Below, piece by piece: positions 9,636 to 19,400 of a stretch of 64,000 nt of DNA (positions are counted from its first letter, which is position 1; every line of letters starts with the position of its first letter). The stretch lies in contig OZ365115.1 of NCBI GenBank assembly GCA_977030845.1, positions 10,106,001-10,170,000 of the forward strand. Direction: 5' to 3'. Under the pieces are notes generated by a model, which worked only from the letters and a program-made list of their open reading frames with translations, had not been told where the DNA came from and did no database searches. The translations under genes were made by a program, and so were the position numbers. The stretch is from Fimbriosthenelais zetlandica. Its lineage: Eukaryota.

Positions 9636-9707
9636 GCGTCGGTGGTGTAACGGTCAGCATGGTTGCCTTCCAAGCAGTCGATCCGGGTTCGATTCCCGGC
9701 CGACGCA
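9636..9707 (+). tRNA. tRNA-Gly-TCC: tRNA-Gly(UCC), copy 14, consensus
   Basis: Identical to copy 2. Confidence 0.96.
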
Positions 9708-9794
9708 AACCCTTCTTTTCCCTCGCTTTTCAAAGTCCACATTTGGACATATTTATGAGGCAAATCGCCAAAAAAAACAATGTTTATATAAGAG

Positions 9795-9866
9795 GCGTCG
9801 GTGGTGTAACGGTCAGCATGGTTGCCTTCCAAGCAGTCGATCCGGGTTCGATTCCCGGCCGACGCA
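9795..9866 (+). tRNA. tRNA-Gly-TCC: tRNA-Gly(UCC), copy 15, consensus
   Basis: Identical to copy 2. Confidence 0.96.
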
Positions 9867-9954
9867 AACGGTTCTTTTCCCTCGCTTTTCAAAGTCTACA
9901 TTTGGATACTTTTACTAGCGAAATCGCCAAAAAACAATGTTTGCTATACAAGAA

Positions 9955-10026
9955 GCGTCGGTGGTGTAACGGTCAGCATGGTTGCCTTCCAAGCAGTCGA
10001 TCCGGGTTCGATTCCCGGCCGACGCA
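9955..10026 (+). tRNA. tRNA-Gly-TCC: tRNA-Gly(UCC), copy 16, consensus
   Basis: Identical to copy 2. Confidence 0.96.
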
Positions 10027-10116
10027 AACGGTTCTTTTCCCTCGCTTTTCAAAGTCCACATTTGGATATTTTTATTAGGGAAATCGCCAAAAAAAACAAT
10101 GTTTACTATACAAGAG

Positions 10117-10188
10117 GCGTCGGTGGTGTAACGGTCAGCATGGTTGCCTTCCAAGCAGTCGATCCGGGCTCGATTCCCGGCCGACGCA
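10117..10188 (+). tRNA. tRNA-Gly-TCC: tRNA-Gly(UCC), copy 17, B-box variant
   Basis: GGGCTCGA instead of GGGTTCGA (T54>C, Sprinzl numbering); this is the last copy of the array. Confidence 0.7.
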
Positions 10189-13100
10189 AAGTGTCTTTTC
10201 CTTTGCTTTTCAAAGTCTACATTTGTATATTTTGAGAAATAATGCCTACATCAGTAAACATCAGTGCCCAGTGTATCACAAAAAGAAACGTAATGCTATA
10301 GCTTCCAATCAAGTCTAATTACAGCGTTCTGGCGGTAAAGGGAGATTTAGAGCTTAGACCTGACCTCCTGTAATTAGACCATGATAAATCGGAAAGTAAC
10401 TACTAGTAGCAGGACACTGAGGAATATGGCTCACTCAAGAGTCCATCTCATTCCTCTTAATAATATTTCTGATCCCCAAAACCTACATTATACACAACAT
10501 TTATATGGTAGGATAAAACTGGACCTAGCTGTTCTATTTTCAACGTAATCCATCGACGCTATACCTTGATGTAATTCAGATATTCGGAGTTAAATAGTCA
10601 AAATATACCACCCACATTTGAAGAACGTTAAAATTACCTGTCTTTTTCCCTGTCTTTTCTCTTGTATCCAGACACTGTCCTCACATTGTCTTCTCAGGAT
10701 GGAGGACACGTGCGTGTATGAAGGTGTCAGAGCCAGGCCTTCTTCTCCAGGGGAGAGGCCTGGTATGTATAAAACAGTGGCTTAAAGCAGGGCCAGACCG
10801 AAAACTGGAAGCGCTGCCCTAGACCGTGGCCCGCAATGACCAGCTAAACACTGGTACAATATTATAACGAATAATGTTTAAAAATATCAATGGGGGTTTG
10901 TTGTACATGCTCAATCATTTGTAATGATGTGTCCAGAGATTTGGAACTGAGCTATGGCTTAATACTAAAGACAATACAGTTTTGTGGTTCTGGACCACCG
11001 TAGCTGGCTTATCTTAAACTCTTCCTTTCCTGAACAAATTCTATTGAACCATTATTCAGGGAAGGAGGTAGGAAGAACCGTTATACACTTTAATGACTTC
11101 AAATTATTCGTTTGTAGCAGGCAGTATAGATTCATTTTAATTCAATTTCCGAACACATAATTACTATGGTTACTAGAGGGCTCTAGGCATCTCAGGTGAA
11201 TATTCCTCTCATGATAAGTGAGATATTTCGCCACCAGGTGTTGGATTGTGACAGTGGCATGGAAACAGAATAGCTGAATGATAATTTCATAGATGGCAGC
11301 TATGTGCACTTACTGTTCAAGCAATTACTTTGGGCTAATGTCCCTTCCTTCCCAGGCCTCTGTAGTCATAGAAATACCTCTGATTCGCTTCATAATAAAT
11401 TTTTGAAACATGTAATACATTAATGTGAAAGAATGCCCATTAGCTGTTATGAACTCAGTCAATAAGGTAAAAAGTAACCAGTACATTTGTAGTGAATTTA
11501 TGATAATTATACTTATTCTCAAACAGAAGAGGTGGATCCAGGGCTTTGGCTATGATTTATATTGTGGAGGGATTTATTAGATAAACACATTCATGATTCA
11601 TATAGAGAACCATTACCGTTGGACTAATAATATTTAACATAAAAAGTTTCGAGGGAAAAGCACACCTGTCCCCCCTTCACTTTCCACCTGGTTCGCTTCC
11701 ATTACCAACTCGTGATCTTTGTTTAGTTTATTTTTCCTCTTAGTTTATTCAGTTGATTTTTCTCACCCACATTCTGATCCCACGGGCTAAACAGCCATGT
11801 TTTATAACGATTTTTAAGGAGAAAAGGACCTGGTACTTAAAACTGGGCGGTGATGAGACCATATGTGATGCACACCACCTTTTGTAAATAAAGAGGTTTG
11901 GATATTAGTTTAAAATCCCCTCTCAAGCAGGTACCCGGCCGATGTAACTTGTAGAGAAAAGAACAAACGGTGATTCCCCTGTCTAATTTTCTATAGGGCG
12001 AGGTCTTCCCTATAATATGATATCCTAACGCACTGTGCATAATAGATGCTAGTTAGTAAACTGATAGGTATCCAACCCCCTATTCACAATAATATTATAT
12101 CTATAGGCTTTATTTCATCTAGCTGAAGTCAAATATTGTTTGTGACCTGCAGAAACCGCCACAAGGATGGACATCCCAACCCCCGGGACCCCACCCCTTT
12201 CCAGAGGACCTATCCTAACCCCAACCCAAAGTTCTGAATTGAAGATAATACTTCCACTATTAAAATGGAAATAAAATAATCTTAAGTGACTCCAAACTGG
12301 ATCTGACCTGTACGCACCTGTTTATGTTCTGTGAATATCAAGGGAAATTATATCAATGCAAAATGACAGTCACTGATTGGAATGATCTAATCCTCCCCAT
12401 TTATAATGTCATTTCCACCATTTATATCTAGGCGGTTTGCATGTGTTTGCTTCATTAAAAACATGATTTTATCAAGAATTATGAGGATATCACGTGCGGG
12501 AGGAGAGTGAGAGGTTAAATGCCGTACTTCTGCCATGCATCTTTGCGAAAAATAAACTCTTAATATAAGGAAATTTCTTAAATAGTGAGTTGCCAGGGGG
12601 CATGTTTTTTTAGTAGAGAAGATCTGAGAGATCATTAATACGAGGTACTGCACTGAGGGGATAATATTATGTAGAAAAGTGTGTGAAAAAAGTAACATTT
12701 ATGGTCATACGTTTTACTATTTTTATAAAGGCCCCGATGCCTTGATTTATTAATAAGGATACATGTTGTCCTTCAGCAGATCTCCTGTGAACGCTTCATT
12801 TTGCTCACTGGATCCATTTTGGTTTTTAACAGCACAGTGAAGCAAAGACATTATTATTCTTTTCAAAACCCACATTTGTTTGAAAAGATTACGTATACTT
12901 ATCTCGAAACAAAATCTTGAGTCCTTACGGCAGACGTGCTCAAATATACAGTTTCTTTGAATGATTAAAAAGATTGCGAATAATGGAGGAATTAGGACTC
13001 GAACAATGATCATTGTTCAATCCAGCCCCATCCATCTTTACATTGTTCGTTATCAATCATTTGAATCACCGGTTTGTATACCGCTGACAGTCATCAATTT

Positions 13101-16100
13101 TACCTCTAAATTGCTGCGGGGAGGAAAAGAGAAAAAGCCTCGTAATCAGGGATTTGATAGGTCCTTGTAAAGTATACATAATCTCCTCTCATCAAGTATG
13201 GCGGCAACTCCACCGAACCTTTGATCATCCCCACCACCCAAAAGCGGCAATAAAACGGGTTTGGTTACAAGAATAGGCCAAAATCCGAATTTCCACTTAT
13301 CTGATCAAATCACAAAAAAAAAACCACTGGAAATAGGCCCACATTTTTAGGGAGCTAAACCAGAGTAAATCACAGAGTATGCCTAAATCAAGTGTTGTGA
13401 ATGGTGAATCTCTAAGATTATAATTAAAGAAAATTATAATCAAGTGAAAGAGATGTGATTAGAAACATGCTTTTTTGCAGCCAAATATTGCCTAAATGCC
13501 TGCATGTCAAATGGGTACTTGACCAATGTTTGAGTGGATTGTTTTATGGGGTATAAGACTGGTAAACATTCGAAGTTAAAGTCCCTTGATCAGCATTGAA
13601 CGGGGGGCCCTCAAACAAGATAAGGTGCAACGTGACAACAACCAGTGTGGTATATTTGATTGTCAACTCTACCCGATATATTGTAGTGCTATAAAACCCT
13701 AGACAGGGTATAAAATCAACCGTATATCTACATGGGTCAGTCCCCAGGGCTCCTTGCAAAGACCACAAGTCTGTGACTGATGTGGCAAGATGTGACAGCT
13801 ACCAACTGCCCTTTCTAAAGTGTATGACCCACCATCCACGATGCCTTCCTTTAATTGCGATATGTCTGTGAAAGCATCGCAGAACGTCCGTGGAACTTTA
13901 AAGACCTTTTCACCAAATTCTGCATGATCGCAAAGTAATTTTGGAGCCTGTAAAAAACGAATATTTGCCATAGATTTAGCATTGGTCATATTCCTTTTGG
14001 ATTCACGGGCCCTTCCATGTCACATTTTGGAAAGTTATTGTTTCTATTATGGATGCCAGATTTATCTTGGGTTATCTTATGTTGGATTGAAGGATATAAC
14101 CGACAAGTATTTACGACACACCTTATCAATGTTAATAAGATTCATAAAATCCTATCAATATTTTATTGTTAGTCCTGTATAGCGTGCCTAGATAACTGAA
14201 AGGTGCCTTATCATCTGTTGATAATGCTAACACCAAGTGTTATCAAAAGTGCCATCATTGCACAAAGTCTTTTTTGCCAAATAAGCTTCTGTCATTCTGC
14301 AGCTTCGACCTGCCACTGTTGATGATGACATGAAATATTAGTTTGCACTATGGAAAATGAGATAATCAGGACATTTCTCTGGTCCGTGCGTTGTACAGTA
14401 TACACGAGAGCTTTCTATGATTAGGAAGAGAATGACAAAAGTACAGGTCTACTAGAGAAGAGAGATTAATCTTTTGGGGCGAGGAAAAGATGATGCGCAT
14501 AAGGATCCAGGTGTTCTCTTGTTGGTAGTATTAAGGATCAAGTGTTGATTTCCTGCTTGTCTCCTCCTTATAACCACATCTTGTGAATACCCATGCTGCC
14601 CCATCATTCCCACTCACTAGCGGTCTTGAGCATCATACATTTCAGCTATATGGATGCTATGATAAATTTCAATTTTTAATATGTTTCAAGAGAACTACGC
14701 CTTTCCTTATCAATATTCCCTTTCGGAGAATTATCGGCACCGATCCTATTTTTATCTGATTATGTTTGGATCGAGTCATTTTTATCTGACATAGATCCTG
14801 TAATCAACCCCTCTCAATCAGTTTTAGCTTACAGGGCGCCCTGTGGTGAGAAATGTGTCTGCAATGTATGGCGGATCATGAGATCATGACGTTCATCCCC
14901 AAATGATTTGCATTGTTGCAGAAAGATAATGTCACTGGGGCGACACAATCTCTGACTGCAATACCAAAGTTTGGATTGTATCGAATGGCATAACTGTGTA
15001 TTAAAAATTGGTGGCATAACCGTGTATTGAACATTGATTATGCCAAATAATAGATATTAGGACATTGTGTGAGGTCATTCGGCCAGAAGGCCCATAGAGT
15101 CCACACCATCATGTACTTTCATACTATTTAGTACTAGGTTCCAATTTATATCCTTAGACTCCTTCTAACATAACCTAATGTTCAACATTCGAGATTTCTC
15201 CATCGAGGTATGTTTTCCAAAAAGAAAAGAAATTTAGCGCGAAATGGTAACTCATTTCCCGTCACCGTTGTTTCGGGTCTCTAACAACTGGATGCCACTT
15301 GTATGTTCAGACAATTTTAACATAAGTGACACATATGGAAAGTCCATGCTTTCTCAGTTTTTAAAGGTCCACTCTTGAGCTATGTTTCCCTGAAATTCTA
15401 TTTAAACAGCTATCATACCAAACAAATCCATCCTAACATGTAGTACTTTACCCTTCCACCTTCGTTCAAGGGTAGTTGGATAAAAGGTTGAAAAATTCCC
15501 ATTTTTACAAGTGTTATACCAATAGATATTGACTGCTTGATGTGAATCCTTGGCTATGGTACAAAACAAATATTGGGAAGTTGGCCTTTAAGTTTCTCTA
15601 AGGCTAAAAGATTAGACCTTATAACCCTGACCGCGCTAAACCAGATACGGCCACGAGTGAAGATCTATCCACTTGTTTGTAGATGGATGAAACATAAAAC
15701 ATCTCTCAAAAGAAATCAATTCACACAGTTTGTTCAGTTTTGCAAGCCAATTTACACCTAAATGGAGTATTTTTATACACAGAAATAACCTGATGTTTGT
15801 GCTGGGCATTCTGAACAGGCCAGGTTCATCAGATGTTATGCTTAGAGTCACCCTTCAATGTAAATAATGAGGCATCGAAAGCTTGGAAATAAGATCAGAC
15901 AGAGATCCTTTAAACTCACTCTTCACACAGACAAGAAATGACAAGGGCCAGAAATGATTTAAATTCATATTTGGACTGAAAGTAAATGACTACTAGTTCT
16001 AGTGATCACTGACACATCTCGGTGTCGCTGATCCTCACTCTAAAGCGAAGAACACTCCTTCTTTTTTTCCTTCTCGATACTTCAAATAATTGGGAAATAT

Positions 16101-16232
16101 TCAACCTCGAGTATTGTAGAAGGAAAATGTTCCGGTCTGATGTTACTATTGAATGGAAGGTTGGACGTTCATTCCTTGTTGGTTATAAGTTAAGTGGAAT
16201 CCAGTATCAATATGCGGGTACAGGTCCGATTA

Positions 16233-16246
16233 TGACCTGATGACCT
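16233..16246 (-). promoter_or_regulatory. Perfect nuclear-receptor DR2 element
   Basis: TGACCT-GA-TGACCT on plus = AGGTCA TC AGGTCA on minus. Confidence 0.45.
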
Positions 16247-16429
16247 CAGAGATATTTGTCTTGCGTCATGTCAGTTTGTCATATTGTGACACACAAGAGT
16301 GTCATCTATTAATCCCTCTGTTCAAGTCATGGCCGAAACACCAACACAAACACACAGAAAACATACACAAACACACTCCTATATGAGGGCAGGTCTGTAC
16401 TTAACAACGCAATGCTGATCAATGCTGAA

Positions 16430-16446
16430 AGGTCAACAAGAGGTCA
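16430..16446 (+). promoter_or_regulatory. Perfect nuclear-receptor DR5 (RARE-consensus) element
   Basis: AGGTCA-ACAAG-AGGTCA. Confidence 0.5.
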
Positions 16447-19400
16447 TCGACAGGACCTTGGTTTGACATGTCAATTCAAGCTTTCCTCATTTTCTATGTA
16501 GTACTAGTTTACTATTCTAGTAAGTACTAGAGTGTAGTCTTAATCCTACTTTCGAAGACTAGATACTACTAAAGCATACATGTATAAGTTCAGTGCCAAG
16601 GTCGTTGACTTGACATGTCAAATTAACTTGCCACAATTAGTACTATACATGTACTTGTAGTACTAGCACTGGCCTAGCCTTAAATTTAATAGGCCTATTT
16701 CTAGCGGTCTTTTTGAGTACAAGTAGTATTTTCTTCTATATATAAAGAAGATTTAGTGTAGTTCTACTGCATGTAAGTTTATATTTTTTTAAAAACAAGG
16801 AATTCAAGGAACATGAGAATATGACAAGATTCTGAGAAATGCTGCCATGTAAGCTTGCCTGTCTACCAATTCATGCACCAGAAGAAATTATACTGGCACA
16901 AAATAGGCGAGAAAAAGTGGGCTCTGAAGGGGATTATCCCTTCATTGTGACTACAAATCTCAGGATATAGATGGAAGGATTAGAGGATACGATTAGCGTA
17001 TGTATATGAGGGTTAGTGAGAAAAGCAAGACTGTTTACGGAAAGATCACACTTTCCAAGCATATGGCCATGGCGACGAGCACAGCTTTGCAGGTGTGTCA
17101 TCTTGGGAGGATCCATTCTCTTCACAGAAATACCTCCAAGTACCTCACCCGCCTCTCCAGTCCTCCCTGCCCCCTCATTCCTTTTCATTCCCAGGAGAAA
17201 ATATCAATATTTATTTCAATTATACTTAAGTATTTGATTGCACCGAGAGCAGGAGGCTCGTGAGCAATATGGACTTGGCAACCATTCAGGTTTAAGTACA
17301 ACGTCATAAAATGCTCCTTTTGATTTTGCATGCAACCTCTCATTTGTGTCAGTGCAGGTGATTCAAATTAACTCCAAGTCAAACAGAATGATCCGATATT
17401 ATGTTGATTATCATGTCTAATTAATCTGATAAAAGCCCAGATGTACTGGGGCATAATTCTTAAGGCATTTTTCTTAATTTCTGTCTTGAAAATTTTACTT
17501 TTATATCTATCAAAAAGTCCGCGTGGAATCTCGCATGTAAAGATGCCAGCTTTATATTCTAGCAACCCAAAGCTGTTTGCACCTATCGTTTACATTATTC
17601 GGAGAAAAAAGTGGATAAAGTGAAAGGTAAAAATGGATGTAGAAATGCTAAATGGTGTCATGTTCGCATGCACAGCACTCAGACATCAAGTATAATTGAG
17701 CAAAACATCCTACAGTGCTTGTTTGAACGATGAGTGTTTACAGCCTTTCTCACAAGCTCATTTTCTTTTTTATTTCGATTTATTTCTGATGACACCTTTC
17801 TTTTCTCAAATTTCTAGGTAGGGCTGGGCACTAAAGGAACAAATAATGGGAGAAAAGCATTCTCTCCTCTTAGTGCAGTATGGTCCCTCGTGGATTCCTA
17901 CAATAAAGCATTCCAGTATAGGCAGCAAACGCCAAATGTATGCAGGCTGATATTTCTACTGAAAAAAATATTTTAGGTAAGTATCACCTTGAGATTCTGA
18001 AATCTAAAGACTCGAGAATAGTCCCATGCAGTCCAAGAATTAATATGAATTAATAATGAATTATGGTGAATGTCGTTGATGTGGAGATATACTGTATAAA
18101 ATCGTGATGATACCATCCAGGGTCTCTATAGGCGACTGGGGTAAATACAAGCCTCAGACACAGGCTGTCAATAATAAAACATGGGAAATGTGAGCAGGCA
18201 AAGACATCTTCATATCATCAAAAAATGTCCCTCCATGCTTCGTTTCCATACTAGGTTCTTTTTTAATCTGAGTCCATCTTAAAAAGCTGAAGAGGGCTTG
18301 AAACGATGACTACAAGGACAGGTGGTGACTGACAATTTGGTGAGTGCAATAGCAATCTTCTGACACACAGGCACGTACCTGAATTCATCAAAGCTCATGT
18401 AGGACTTGTTGATGCCTGTAGGTCTTTGTTGCATTGACAGGCCACTTTGAAGAAAGTACAGGCCTTTCTAATGGACAAAGCTGTCAGTAAACTGCCGTTA
18501 TTTCTTCAGTCATGGCTAATATTTTGATATAATCCTTACTAGAAACAAGGCATTTAACTTGCAATTTAAGATTTGCTAGGGTTGCAAAAAAAGCACCTTT
18601 CTAGGTGTTTTCCTACCTTGAGTTCAGTCAAGGACAAAGTACACATTTTTTCAGGCGGGCTGAGGATTAGAGAGTATCATTCAAGTGACCTTTAAGAGCT
18701 GGGTCATTATAAGAAGGTAGAGATCCTTTTGACTCGGGCCTTGACCTTCTCAGCTCAAACTTCTGAGGTTAAGTCCAGAACCCAGCACCACGGTCTATAA
18801 GTTTATCCCTCTTGTAGCCTTGACCCTTTGACACTTCTGGTCACTCTCCCTGCCTATCCTCTCATCCACGAACAAACAAAACTAAAGGGGTTCCAAGATA
18901 AACGATATCTCCTATATTTGTGCGACACTTCATTCCAGTTTACTTGATCTTCTTCTATTATTTTTGTTCTAAATTGATGAGTTTTGGTGGATTGCCCCTC
19001 ATATGTGAATGTTAATTGACTTCAGCAAAACAAAAAGTCAAATTTGGATAAATAATTTGGGATCCAAAATAATACGAACAACATTGTTGCACGTTTATGT
19101 AGCCACAATCAGTTGGAGGATTAAGGAAATGATAGACACAAGGAGGAAATGGAGAGCAAGTAATAAGAAACCGGAAACAAAGAGGACACTGCATGTGACA
19201 GGTCAAGACTGTCAACTGTGACTGTCAAGCCTTCTAAACTTATAATTCTTAGATGACTCAAAGTTCCGGACAAACACTAATAATATATCCTTTAAGTCAA
19301 AACTATATTAAGTCAGTGAATTATTGAAATAACCTTGAGCTTTTTAATCTACATTTCCGTTGATTTATTTAAGTAGTGGATTTGGACTTCGGAGAAATGT

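Larger units (their letters stand above)
7540..10235 (+). repeat. Tandem array of 17 tRNA-Gly(UCC) units, period ~160-164 bp
   Basis: Unit = 72-nt tRNA gene plus a ~89-nt conserved spacer with T4 tracts and a variable A6-9 run. The last spacer is truncated near 10235. Confidence 0.98.

Noticed and set aside
7540-10235. CRISPR-like repeat-spacer appearance
   Set aside because: The repeat is a complete 72-nt tRNA, the spacers are homologous to one another, there are no cas genes, and the context is eukaryotic.
7632-10235. Numerous ORFs up to 320 aa in the array
   Set aside because: They are repetitive translations of tRNA and spacer units in multiple frames on both strands.
12994-13003. B-box-like GTTCGAGTCC on the minus strand
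   Set aside because: There is no A box, T-stem pairing or cloverleaf, so it is not a tRNA or SINE head.
18783-18793. CAGCACCACGG, REST/NRSE-like
   Set aside because: Only the left half matches; the GGACAGCGCC half is absent.
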